A stretch of 64,000 nt of DNA, from the NCBI GenBank assembly GCA_046483315.1, contig JAWODJ010000034.1, positions 45,285-109,284 of the forward strand, read 5' to 3'. Position 1 is the first letter of the stretch. The number at the start of each line of letters is the position of its first letter. Source of the stretch: Bacteroidales bacterium (GTDB lineage Bacteria; Bacteroidota; Bacteroidia; Bacteroidales; PUMT01). The position numbers were made by a program, and so were the translations under genes. Positions 42,638-51,760 of this stretch are shown here, piece by piece. The notes below the pieces were generated by a model. It made no database searches. It was not told the origin of the DNA and saw only the letters and a list, made by a program, of their open reading frames with translations.

Positions 42638-43225
42638 TTATTGAACAAAAACAATACTATAACTTACGGTTACTTCATCTCCTGTACGAAGAGCTCCAAG
42701 CATCATTACCGGAGGATCGATATCAAAATCGGACATCTTCAGCTTTTGGGATCCCGAGCATACCAGTTTCTTGTCTTCTCCGTTAATACAGGTAGCCTGA
42801 ACATTGATCTCACGTTTAGTGCCTGCCAAAGTCAGCTCTCCTGTTGAGTTTATCTGATATTTGTCACCGTTTTTTTCAAGCCTGCCGCTTCCGTTTGCAT
42901 GAAAGACAATTTCGGGGTGCCGATTTGCATCCAAGGCTTCATAAGCCCTCCTGTCAAGGCCGGATTTATCACTTTTCAGTGTTTTTTTGTTAAGTGTAAA
43001 CGAAACAGATTCAATCTTTTCAGGTTGCCCGTCATCACCGGTCCCGAAACGCAGTTCGCTGCTGATATCTTCTGATACAAGCTCCCAGTCATGAAGTGTC
43101 GATGTACCTGTTACCCTGACATAAGAATCCTCAGCGGGCCTGTAGGTTTGAACCTGCGCCTGCAGATCATATATCAGAAAAATCCCGCAAATAAAAATTA
43201 TTAATCCGGATATATTTGTTTTCAT
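42638..43225 (-). CDS. YceI family (polyisoprenoid/lipid-binding beta-barrel) protein
   Basis: 195 aa with a signal peptide and YceI-like motifs (GTSTLHDWE, HPEIVFH, GELTLAGTKREI, KMSDFDIDPP). Confidence 0.75.
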   Translation of the reverse strand: MKTNISGLIIFICGIFLIYDLQAQVQTYRPAEDSYVRVTGTSTLHDWELVSEDISSELRFGTGDDGQPEKIESVSFTLNKKTLKSDKSGLDRRAYEALDANRHPEIVFHANGSGRLEKNGDKYQINSTGELTLAGTKREINVQATCINGEDKKLVCSGSQKLKMSDFDIDPPVMMLGALRTGDEVTVSYSIVFVQ

Positions 43226-43290
43226 ATTAACTAAGTGTTTTTGTGTTTGTTAAAAATATATTATCAGGATATTGACCAATCATGAGAACA

Positions 43291-43737
43291 CTAGATATTG
43301 TATGTTAAACCTTCATGTTGTTTATCCAGTTTCAGCTGGTCCTGCACCAGATCATGAATTGTCTGCGATTTCAGATATTCCGCAATAACGCCATTCAGTC
43401 CCTCCCAGTAACATCTTGCCGCACATTTATTTTCTCTGTCACATACCCCGGCATATGAAAGGCAGTCAGCCACAGCAAGATGTGGATTAAATGCCTTATA
43501 TATATCATAAACTGTAATATTATCAGGTGATCTGGTCAACCTGTAACCGCTTTTCTTGCCCGACACGGTAGTAATAAGACCTGCCGATTTTAATCCCGCA
43601 ATTATGTGATCAAGATATTTATAAGAAATATCCTGATTCTCAGAAATGACTTTCTGATGAAGAGCCTGATCGGGACCGTGGCGGACCAGCTCCATCATTG
43701 TCCTTATCCCATACCTGGTTTTAGTGTTGGCTCGCAT
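43291..43737 (-). CDS. Rrf2 family transcriptional regulator with a Cys cluster
   Basis: Has the N-terminal TKTRYGIRTMMEL wHTH and the cysteine cluster CLSYAGVCDRENKCAARC (Cx6Cx5Cx3C), placed where IscR/NsrR ligate Fe-S. Confidence 0.88.
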   Translation of the reverse strand: MRANTKTRYGIRTMMELVRHGPDQALHQKVISENQDISYKYLDHIIAGLKSAGLITTVSGKKSGYRLTRSPDNITVYDIYKAFNPHLAVADCLSYAGVCDRENKCAARCYWEGLNGVIAEYLKSQTIHDLVQDQLKLDKQHEGLTYNI

Positions 43738-43784
43738 AAGATTATAATTACTTAAATATTATGATTTTCGGTATATACTACTTT

Positions 43785-43813
43785 TCCTATCTTATTTATA
43801 GGATTCAAATATA
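43785..43813 (-). promoter_or_regulatory. Candidate Rrf2 gene promoter (-7 TATATTTG) with an adjacent inverted repeat
   Basis: Exact TAnnTTTG on the minus strand at 43806-43813. The inverted repeat TCCTAT-N7-ATAGGA at 43785-43803 lies around the predicted transcription start. Confidence 0.35.
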
Positions 43814-43914
43814 CAAATTTTATTCCATTTAAATAAACAGGCATAAAAAATTGAGGGTTATTTATACATTATTAAGAATTGCAGTCCGTGAATTGCCACA
43901 ATTTCAGTTGACTG

Positions 43915-44235
43915 CTACAGAAGACCAAGCTCCAGCATAGCCTCCTCGGTCATCATGCTCTTGTCCCAGGGCGGGTCAAAAGTCAAATTGATAACCAGGT
44001 CCTTCACTCCATCAACGGCTCTCACCTTTTCATTTATCTCGGCCATCAGTTCGTCCACCATAGGGCAGTTGGGGGCTGTAAGGGTCATCACTATCTCAAC
44101 CTTCTGCTGATCATCAACTATAATTTCATATATGAGTCCGAGATCATATATATTAACAGGAATCTCCGGATCGTAAATATTTTTTAAAACCCCTGCTATT
44201 TTAGTTTCAAGTTCATAGTTATCCTGTGCCTCCAT
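43915..44235 (-). CDS. sufT: SUF-associated DUF59 protein (SufT-like)
   Basis: Carries the DUF59 motif DPEIPVNIYDLGLIY and TLTAPNCP. The ATG at 44235 avoids overlap with sufE. Confidence 0.85.
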   Translation of the reverse strand: MEAQDNYELETKIAGVLKNIYDPEIPVNIYDLGLIYEIIVDDQQKVEIVMTLTAPNCPMVDELMAEINEKVRAVDGVKDLVINLTFDPPWDKSMMTEEAMLELGLL

Positions 44236-44242
44236 ATCACAA

Positions 44243-44671
44243 TCATTTTTGTTTGCTTTTGGCGTGGTAAGCCAAAGCATACATTTTCATCTGCTTAATC
44301 ATTGAAACCAGTCCGTTTGACCTGGTCGGAGAAAGGTTTTCCTTTAACCCGATCTTGTCAATAAACCAAAGATCATTATCAATTATCTCCTCAGGTGTCC
44401 TGCCAGACATGACCCTGATCAGAAGAGCTATGATGCCCTTTGTAATTACAGCATCACTATCGGCCGTATAAACAACTTTGCCATCCTTTATGTCAGCCCT
44501 CAGCCAGACCCGGGACTGGCAACCTTCAATCAGGTATTCAGGTTTCTTGTATTTTTCATCAATCACCGGCAGGGACTTACTCAGATCAATAAGATAATTA
44601 TATTTATCCATCCAGTCCTCAAAAATCTCAAACTCCTCTGCAATCTGATCCTGAATTGAGTTAATATCCAT
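44243..44671 (-). CDS. sufE: SufE family sulfur acceptor
   Basis: 142 aa. Has the typical IEGCQSRVW motif containing the acceptor Cys. Confidence 0.88.
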   Translation of the reverse strand: MDINSIQDQIAEEFEIFEDWMDKYNYLIDLSKSLPVIDEKYKKPEYLIEGCQSRVWLRADIKDGKVVYTADSDAVITKGIIALLIRVMSGRTPEEIIDNDLWFIDKIGLKENLSPTRSNGLVSMIKQMKMYALAYHAKSKQK

Positions 44672-44683
44672 ATATTCTGTTAC

Positions 44684-45904
44684 TTATTTAAACATTTCTA
44701 TCACCTTCCCAATTGCCTCGCAAAGCCGGTCAATCTCTTCACGGGTATTGTAAAACGCAAGTGAAGCTCTTATCGTACCCCTTATTCCGAATCTTTCCAT
44801 TACAGGCTCGGCACAATGAGTGCCGGTTCTTACTGCGATCCCGAACTTGTCAATAACCATGCCGGCATCATATGGGTGTATATCTTCAAGCACAAAGGAG
44901 AGTATGCCTATTTTGTTCCTGGCACGGCCAAAAAGATACAATTCCTTTATTTCCGAGAGCCTTGATGTTCCATATTCAAGAAGATCATTTTCATATGCGG
45001 CAATCTCTTCAATTCCTGTATCTTCAATATAATCTATGGCCGAAGCCAGTCCGATTGCACCGGCATAGTTGGGTGTTCCTGCTTCAAATCTGAAAGGTAA
45101 GCGGTTGAATGTGGTTTTCTCAAATGTAACCTTATCTACCATTTCTCCTCCGGTCTGATAAGGCGGCAACTCATTAAGTATATCTTCCTTGCCGTATAAC
45201 ACTCCTGTGCCGGTGGGACCATACATCTTATGACCGCTGAAAACATAGAAATCAGCATCAATATCCTGCACATCAACCCTGCCATGCTGAACAGCCTGGG
45301 CCCCGTCAATAAGGACTGACACCCCATTCTTATGGGCTGTACGAATAAATTGCTTTACCGGATTTACGGTACCGATTGCATTGGAAACATGAGTAAGCGC
45401 CACCAGCCTTGTGCCTGGTGAAAACAGCTTTTCATATTCATTAAAAATAAGCTCGCCATCGTCATTCATGGGAATAACCCTGAGTCTGGCACCTTTTCTC
45501 TCACAAAGCATCTGCCAGGGTACAATATTGGCATGGTGCTCCATTGCCGAAATTATTATCTCATCTCCTTCCCCAACAAACTTTTCTCCAAAACTAAAAG
45601 CAACAAGGTTAATCCCCGATGTAGTTCCGGGTGTAAATATAATCTCATGATCATGACGGGCGTTAATAAACTTGCGGACCGTTTCCCTGGCAGCTTCAAA
45701 ATCGCGTGTTGTAATATCGCTCAGGTGATGAACGCCCCTGTGAATATTACTGTTGGTCTCCATGTATATGCTGTCCATCCGTTCAATAACCTTCAATGGT
45801 TTCTGTGTGGTGGCAGCATTATCAAAATAGGCAAAGGGTTTGTTATGAACCTGCCTCTGAAGAATTGGAAAATCATTCCTTATTTTGTTAATATCGAAAG
45901 CCAA
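44684..45904 (-). CDS. sufS: Cysteine desulfurase SufS
   Basis: Class V aminotransferase with the PLP-Lys motif SGHKMYGPTG and the catalytic Cys in RTGTHCAEP. Confidence 0.95.
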   Translation of the reverse strand: MAFDINKIRNDFPILQRQVHNKPFAYFDNAATTQKPLKVIERMDSIYMETNSNIHRGVHHLSDITTRDFEAARETVRKFINARHDHEIIFTPGTTSGINLVAFSFGEKFVGEGDEIIISAMEHHANIVPWQMLCERKGARLRVIPMNDDGELIFNEYEKLFSPGTRLVALTHVSNAIGTVNPVKQFIRTAHKNGVSVLIDGAQAVQHGRVDVQDIDADFYVFSGHKMYGPTGTGVLYGKEDILNELPPYQTGGEMVDKVTFEKTTFNRLPFRFEAGTPNYAGAIGLASAIDYIEDTGIEEIAAYENDLLEYGTSRLSEIKELYLFGRARNKIGILSFVLEDIHPYDAGMVIDKFGIAVRTGTHCAEPVMERFGIRGTIRASLAFYNTREEIDRLCEAIGKVIEMFK

Positions 45905-45944
45905 AATTTATCACTTTAAAAAAACGTTTCCAAAATACAAAAAT

Positions 45945-47312
45945 CTATCCGCACTGCATTGCACAATTGTTACAACGGCTGAGTTCACCCCGGAGTCTTT
46001 TGTTTACAAGATCATCTATTCGTTCCCGCAAAGCTTTCACCCGGATATTCTGAATTACCTCATGTGCAAATGCAAACATAAGAAGAAGCCTTGCCTCCCT
46101 GTAATCAATCCCTCTTGAACGAAGATAGAACAGTGCGCTCTCGTCTAGCTGCCCCATGGTTGATCCGTGACTGCATTTCACGTCATCAGCATATATTTCC
46201 AGCTGCGGACGGGAGTACATTTTCGCATCATCTGTAAGCAATATATTGTTATTGGACTGGTACGCGTTTGTTTTCTGAGCATCGCGCCGAACCAGTATAC
46301 GGCCGTTAAATGACCCTGAGGCATAATCATCCAGCACCCCTTTATAAAGCTGATTACTGAAACAATTGGGACTGGCATGGTCTATATGCACGAAATTATC
46401 TATATACTGTCCCTTATCTGAAAGATACAGACCCATGCTGTGATTCTCTGCATGTTCTCCGTTAAGGGTAACAAATACATTATTGCGAATAAATCCTCCA
46501 TGCAGGGATATGGTGCTTGCCGAAAGATTTGATTTGGTTTCCTGGTGGCTGTAGGAGTGAGTGATCTGTGAGGAACCGTTATGCTCATTCTGTATCCTGG
46601 TAAGGTTCATCTGCGCCCCTTCTCCTGCATATATTTCATTAACAGAATTGGTAAGAAACCTGTGGGCCGACAGGCTGTGATCACAAACCACGATCCTGAC
46701 CTCTGCATCCTTACCGGCAATGAAGAGGTTCCTGTGCTGAGCCATAAGATCATTATCGGATATCATTATATTAACTACCTGCACGGGCTTTTCCACTTTA
46801 ACACCATCAGGAACATAAATAAATATGCCATCCTGGGCAAAAGCAGTGTTCAATGCCACCAAACCATCCTTTGAGCCACCTGCATATCGTCCGTAATGTT
46901 GTGAAACCAGTTCAGGATATTTCCCGGATGCTTCGGCAAGGCTGCCTGCAATTATTCCGCCCGGAAGCTTTTTTACAGGGTTACCGTTATTGTAAAATCT
47001 CCCGTTAACCAGCAGAAGCAGATTGGTATCCAGGTCGGGTACATCACAATGAAAGATCTCCCTTATATTAATACTGATCTTCCGTTCACCAAAATAATTT
47101 TCAAGATCAGTTTTGAAAATTGATTCTATATCGGTGTAGCGGTACTCTTCACTTCCCTTAACGGGGAATCCGGTCTGCTCCAGTTTATCAATGGCCTCAT
47201 CCCTGAGCGCGTTCATAACCGGGGCGGAGTTGGCGGATATTTCACCTGACTTCTCCCGGTACAGGCCGATGAACTTATCTTTCAGGGAAATATTTTTAGT
47301 TATAGTACTCAT
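45945..47312 (-). CDS. sufD: Fe-S cluster assembly protein SufD
   Basis: 455-aa beta-helix protein between sufC and sufS, with a typical SufD C-terminal core (KCSHGSTMGQLDE). Confidence 0.92.
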   Translation of the reverse strand: MSTITKNISLKDKFIGLYREKSGEISANSAPVMNALRDEAIDKLEQTGFPVKGSEEYRYTDIESIFKTDLENYFGERKISINIREIFHCDVPDLDTNLLLLVNGRFYNNGNPVKKLPGGIIAGSLAEASGKYPELVSQHYGRYAGGSKDGLVALNTAFAQDGIFIYVPDGVKVEKPVQVVNIMISDNDLMAQHRNLFIAGKDAEVRIVVCDHSLSAHRFLTNSVNEIYAGEGAQMNLTRIQNEHNGSSQITHSYSHQETKSNLSASTISLHGGFIRNNVFVTLNGEHAENHSMGLYLSDKGQYIDNFVHIDHASPNCFSNQLYKGVLDDYASGSFNGRILVRRDAQKTNAYQSNNNILLTDDAKMYSRPQLEIYADDVKCSHGSTMGQLDESALFYLRSRGIDYREARLLLMFAFAHEVIQNIRVKALRERIDDLVNKRLRGELSRCNNCAMQCG

Positions 47313-47335
47313 ATTTCAGATTTGCTTTAAAACAA

Positions 47336-48094
47336 TTATATATCTGCCGACTCTTCTTTACGTACCCATTCATACCCCTTCTCTTCCAGCAACAGCGCCA
47401 GTTCTTTTCCTCCCGACCGGACAATACGGCCATTGTAAAGAATATGCACAAAATCAGGAATGATATATTCAAGCAGCCTCTGGTAATGCGTTATTACTAT
47501 TGTGGCATTTTCGGGTGACTTGAGGTTGTTGATACCTTTTGCCACAACCTTAAGGGCATCTATGTCAAGTCCGGAATCGGTTTCATCGAGAATAGCAAGC
47601 TTAGGTTCAAGCATAGCCATCTGGAATATCTCATTCTTTTTCTTCTCTCCCCCTGAAAACCCCTCATTGACCGACCGGTTGGTAAGAGATGAGTCGATCT
47701 CAACCAGCTCTTTTTTTTCACGCATCTTTTTCAGAAATTCAGACGCTGATAACGGTTCTTCACCCCTGTATTTACGCATCTCATTTATTGCGGTTTTCAT
47801 AAAATTAACCATGCTCACTCCGGGTATCTCGATAGGATACTGAAATCCAAGGAACAAGCCTTCCTTGGCACGCTCTTCGGGTGATTTTTCAAGAAGGTCT
47901 TCCCCCATATATAATACACTGCCCGATTCAACTTTGTACAGATCTCTGCCTGCAAGAACCGAGGCGAGAGTGCTTTTTCCCGATCCGTTGGGTCCCATTA
48001 TAGCATGTACTTCACCTGCCCTGACCTCAAGGTTTACTCCTTTAAGTATCTCCCCGCCTTCAATTGAAACGTTCAAATCTTTTATAACTAACAT
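47336..48094 (-). CDS. sufC: Fe-S cluster assembly ATPase SufC
   Basis: Has Walker A GPNGSGKST, the signature FSGGEKKK and Walker B AILDETDSGLD. Confidence 0.97.
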   Translation of the reverse strand: MLVIKDLNVSIEGGEILKGVNLEVRAGEVHAIMGPNGSGKSTLASVLAGRDLYKVESGSVLYMGEDLLEKSPEERAKEGLFLGFQYPIEIPGVSMVNFMKTAINEMRKYRGEEPLSASEFLKKMREKKELVEIDSSLTNRSVNEGFSGGEKKKNEIFQMAMLEPKLAILDETDSGLDIDALKVVAKGINNLKSPENATIVITHYQRLLEYIIPDFVHILYNGRIVRSGGKELALLLEEKGYEWVRKEESADI

Positions 48095-48177
48095 TCTGTT
48101 TGATATTTGATCTTTAAAATTAATTAATCCCGGTTTTTAACTTTGTAATATTTTGTTCTCTTCTTTTGGCTGCATCA

Positions 48178-49626
48178 TCAGCCAACACTGCCCTCAAGGC
48201 TAATCTGGAGCAATTTCTGTGCTTCCACGGCAAACTCCATGGGCAGCTTGTTCAGCACTTCCTTTGCATAGCCGTTTACTATCAGTCCGATTGCATCTTC
48301 TGTAGCTATACCTCTTTGATTGCAGTAAAAGATCTGATCTTCTCCAATCTTGGAGGTTGTGGCTTCGTGTTCAATGATGGCGGACTGGTTAGCGGATTCG
48401 ATGTAGGGAAAGGTATGTGCGCCGCATTTGTCACCAAGCAAAAGAGAGTCGCACTGACTGAAATTCCTGGCATTCCGGGCACCGCGCATCACCTTGACCA
48501 GTCCGCGGTAACTGTTGTTACTTACACCTGCACTTATCCCCTTTGACACAACAGTACTTTTACTGTTCTTTCCTATATGGATCATCTTGGTTCCTGTGTC
48601 GGCCTGCTGATGATTGTTGGTTACCGCAACTGAATAAAACTCTCCGGTAGTATTGTCACCCTTCAGTATACAGCCTGGATACTTCCAGGTAATGGCCGAC
48701 CCTGTTTCAACCTGGGTCCATGATATCTTTGAGTAATCGCCCTTGCATATACCCCTCTTGGTAACAAAATTGTAAATACCGCCCTTCCCCTCTTTATTGC
48801 CGGGATACCAGTTCTGAACAGTTGCATATTTGATCTCGGCATTCTCCATGGCTACGATCTCAACTATAGCAGCATGCAACTGGTTTTCATCACGCATGGG
48901 TGCCGTGCACCCTTCCAGGTAGCTGACATAGCTGTTATCTTCGGCAATAATTAAGGTACGCTCAAACTGGCCGGTATTTGCAGCATTGATCCTGAAATAG
49001 GTTGATAATTCCATTGGGCAGCGAACACCTTTGGGAATATAGCAGAATGAACCATCACTGAATACAGCTGAATTCAGTGCTGCAAAATAGTTATCTGTAT
49101 AGGGCACAACAGAACCCATATATTGTTTTACAAGGTCGGGGTACTCTCTTACAGCCTCACTGAATGAGCAAAATATAATACCCAGCTCAGCCAGGGTTTC
49201 CTTAAAGGTGGTCTTGACCGAAACGCTGTCCATTACAGCATCCACGGCAACACCCGAGAGATGTTTCTGCTCTTCAAGAGGTATGCCAAGCTTATTAAAG
49301 GTCTCGATAAGTTCCGGATCAACCTCGTCCAAACTTTTGAGTTTTGCTTTTTGCCTGGGAGCAGAATAATAAATATGGTCCTGGTAATCAATTTCAGGTA
49401 TATTCAGATGAGCCCAGTCAGGCATCTTCATCGTAAGCCAGTGCCTGTAAGCCTTAAGCCGGAACTCAAGCATGAACTCAGGTTCATTCTTTTTTGCAGA
49501 GATCATTCTTATTACATCCTCACTCAGGCCCTTACCTATAGAATCCTGTTCAATATCAGTGTAGAAACCGAATTTATACTCGCCGGCAGTAACCTGATCC
49601 AATATCTGGTCCTGTTCCTTTTGCAT
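48178..49626 (-). CDS. sufB: Fe-S cluster assembly scaffold SufB
   Basis: 482 aa, highly conserved SufB sequence ([29 protein letters not shown]). Confidence 0.97.
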   Translation of the reverse strand: MQKEQDQILDQVTAGEYKFGFYTDIEQDSIGKGLSEDVIRMISAKKNEPEFMLEFRLKAYRHWLTMKMPDWAHLNIPEIDYQDHIYYSAPRQKAKLKSLDEVDPELIETFNKLGIPLEEQKHLSGVAVDAVMDSVSVKTTFKETLAELGIIFCSFSEAVREYPDLVKQYMGSVVPYTDNYFAALNSAVFSDGSFCYIPKGVRCPMELSTYFRINAANTGQFERTLIIAEDNSYVSYLEGCTAPMRDENQLHAAIVEIVAMENAEIKYATVQNWYPGNKEGKGGIYNFVTKRGICKGDYSKISWTQVETGSAITWKYPGCILKGDNTTGEFYSVAVTNNHQQADTGTKMIHIGKNSKSTVVSKGISAGVSNNSYRGLVKVMRGARNARNFSQCDSLLLGDKCGAHTFPYIESANQSAIIEHEATTSKIGEDQIFYCNQRGIATEDAIGLIVNGYAKEVLNKLPMEFAVEAQKLLQISLEGSVG

Positions 49627-49670
49627 ATAATAATGTGATAAAATTTATGTTAAAAATTACACCAGTTTGA

Positions 49671-49678
49671 TACCTTTG
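49671..49678 (+). promoter_or_regulatory. Candidate -7 box (TACCTTTG) upstream of thiL
   Basis: Exact TAnnTTTG match about 130 nt upstream of the thiL ATG, in the divergent sufB/thiL intergenic region. Confidence 0.35.
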
Positions 49679-49809
49679 CATTCAGATCTTACAGGCAATA
49701 TATACTGCCGGTAAACTTCAGAAGGCTGGAATTAATCTAAATAAGGCAAAGTTACTAAAAAACTAACAATTTTCAGACACAATTGTTAAATGCAAATTCT
49801 AAAATCATA

Positions 49810-50850
49810 ATGGAAGATAACAGGGAAAATATTGAAGAACTGGGTGAATTTGGCCTTATCAGACGTCTTACTGAAGATATTCTCATAAATAACCCGGGTA
49901 CACTAAAAGGAGTTGGTGATGATGCAGCCGTTATGGATTACGGCAATAAACTGGTTGTGGTAACCAGCGATATTCTCATGGAAGGTATTCACTTCAACCT
50001 TATATACACTCCGATGAAACACCTGGGATACAAAGCCGTTGTCGTCAACCTTTCAGATCTGTATGCAATGAATGCTGTTCCGAAACAGATAATCGTCTCG
50101 CTGGCATTTTCAGCCAAACTTTCACTGCAGCAGATTGAAAATTTATATGCAGGCATAAAGCTTGCCTGCAAAAATTACAATGTTGACCTTGCAGGAGGAG
50201 ATACATCGTCTTCACTTACAGGAATGGCGCTGAGCATTACAGCTCTTGGTGAAGGAGAAAAAGGCAGACTGGTATACAGAAGAGGTGCCCGGAAGAATGA
50301 CCTTATTTGTGTTACCGGAGATCTGGGCGCCTCTTATCTGGGTTTGCAGCTACTGGAAAGGGAAAAAAAGATCTTTCTGGAAAATCCCGAAGTGCAGCCT
50401 GAACTTAAAGGTTATGATTATCTTCTGCAGAGACAGCTGAAGCCCGAACCAAGAGCAGACATCATTCAGTTTTTCCATGAAAACAATGTCACCCCTTCTG
50501 CCATGATAGATATTTCAGACGGACTATCCTCTGATATTCTTCATATCTGTAATGAGTCCAAAACGGGCTGTAAACTTTTTGCCGATCATATTCCGGTCAA
50601 TCAGGAAACAGAAAAGCTGGCCGCGGAATTCAATATTACTCCCCTGGTGGCAGCCCTGAACGGAGGTGAGGACTATGAGCTTCTTTTCACTATTTCACCG
50701 GGAGAATTCGTAAAAATTAAGGATAACAATAATATAAAGACAATAGGCCATATAACAGACCGGGACAGCGGGTATAATCTGATCACACAGGACGGATCGT
50801 TCATACCCCTTGAGGCACAGGGCTGGAATGCCTGCCGGGAAAGAAAATAA
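49810..50850 (+). CDS. thiL: Thiamine-monophosphate kinase
   Basis: AIR-synthase-like fold with the GVGDDAAV motif. I prefer the ATG at 49810 over the TTG at 49783. Confidence 0.88.
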   Translation: MEDNRENIEELGEFGLIRRLTEDILINNPGTLKGVGDDAAVMDYGNKLVVVTSDILMEGIHFNLIYTPMKHLGYKAVVVNLSDLYAMNAVPKQIIVSLAFSAKLSLQQIENLYAGIKLACKNYNVDLAGGDTSSSLTGMALSITALGEGEKGRLVYRRGARKNDLICVTGDLGASYLGLQLLEREKKIFLENPEVQPELKGYDYLLQRQLKPEPRADIIQFFHENNVTPSAMIDISDGLSSDILHICNESKTGCKLFADHIPVNQETEKLAAEFNITPLVAALNGGEDYELLFTISPGEFVKIKDNNNIKTIGHITDRDSGYNLITQDGSFIPLEAQGWNACRERK

Positions 50851-50858
50851 AGTAACCC

Positions 50859-51668
50859 TCAGAAATCATCCTCGTCGGGCTTGTCGGCATCAGGATCATA
50901 TCCTTTAATTATACCCCTTGCAGAGTTTCTTACAAACTCAATGATTATATCTTTTTCCTGCCCTGAAGGAAAGTCATTCGATATCTTATCCAGTGCCTGT
51001 GAGGTATTAAGCCCTTTCTGATACAAAACTCTTAAAATATCCTGGATATTGCTAATGACCCCATTTGAAAAACCCCTGCGACGCAATCCAATTGCATTAA
51101 CCCCGACATATTGAAGGGGCTCGCGGGAAGCACGAATATATGGCGGTACATCTTTTCGCACCTTTGATGCCCCACCCACCATACTATGGGTCCCTATCCT
51201 GCAGAACTGGTGAATTGCTGTCATGCCTCCTATTATGGCAAAATCTCCAACCTCTACTTCACCGGCAAGACCCACGCTGTTTACAAGAATACAATAATTG
51301 CCAATGTAACAGTCATGAGCTATGTGAACGTAAGCCATAAGCATCGTGTTACTGCCAACCACAGTCTTCCCCCTGGCCGCAGTACCACGGTTCACGGTTA
51401 CGCATTCCCTGATAATAGCATTATCTCCTATTTCTGCAATGCTATCTTCTCCTTTGAATTTCAGATCCTGCGGTATGGCTGAAATCACCGCTCCGGGAAA
51501 TATCCGGCAATTTCTCCCGATTCGTGCACCATCCATAATTGTTACATTCGGACCTATCCATGTTCCATCACCTATTTCAACATTTGCAGATATTGTTGAA
51601 AAAGGTTCAACAATAACATTATTTCCTATTTTTGCTTCCGGATGAATTACATTAAATCCCTGATTCAT
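50859..51668 (-). CDS. lpxA: Acyl-ACP--UDP-N-acetylglucosamine O-acyltransferase
   Basis: Left-handed beta-helix hexapeptide repeats plus a helical C-terminal domain. The ATG at 51668 (MNQGFNVIHPEAKIG) gives the usual length. A short acidic tail is extra. Confidence 0.93.
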   Translation of the reverse strand: MNQGFNVIHPEAKIGNNVIVEPFSTISANVEIGDGTWIGPNVTIMDGARIGRNCRIFPGAVISAIPQDLKFKGEDSIAEIGDNAIIRECVTVNRGTAARGKTVVGSNTMLMAYVHIAHDCYIGNYCILVNSVGLAGEVEVGDFAIIGGMTAIHQFCRIGTHSMVGGASKVRKDVPPYIRASREPLQYVGVNAIGLRRRGFSNGVISNIQDILRVLYQKGLNTSQALDKISNDFPSGQEKDIIIEFVRNSARGIIKGYDPDADKPDEDDF

Positions 51669-51760
51669 GTTTTGAAAATTACTTTTTGATAACTTGAAAC
51701 GAGCCATGAGCAATAATACTCACACACGAAGATGAAAATTTTGACAGGCTGTATACCTCA

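Noticed and set aside
42619-42654. N-terminal extensions implied by the longest ORFs: YceI-like gene (42654), sufT (44280), lpxA (51713), lpxD (54491), tadA (6776) and thiL (49783).
   Set aside because: Each extension overlaps the neighbouring gene or uses a non-ATG start. An in-frame ATG gives a protein of canonical length that begins at the conserved N-terminus or signal peptide.
49679-49809. Possible TPP riboswitch in the leader of about 130 nt upstream of thiL.
   Set aside because: I found no CTGAGA or ACCTGATCTGGATAATGCCAGCG-type conserved cores in the leader. Only a trivial GGCA/TGCC hairpin is present.
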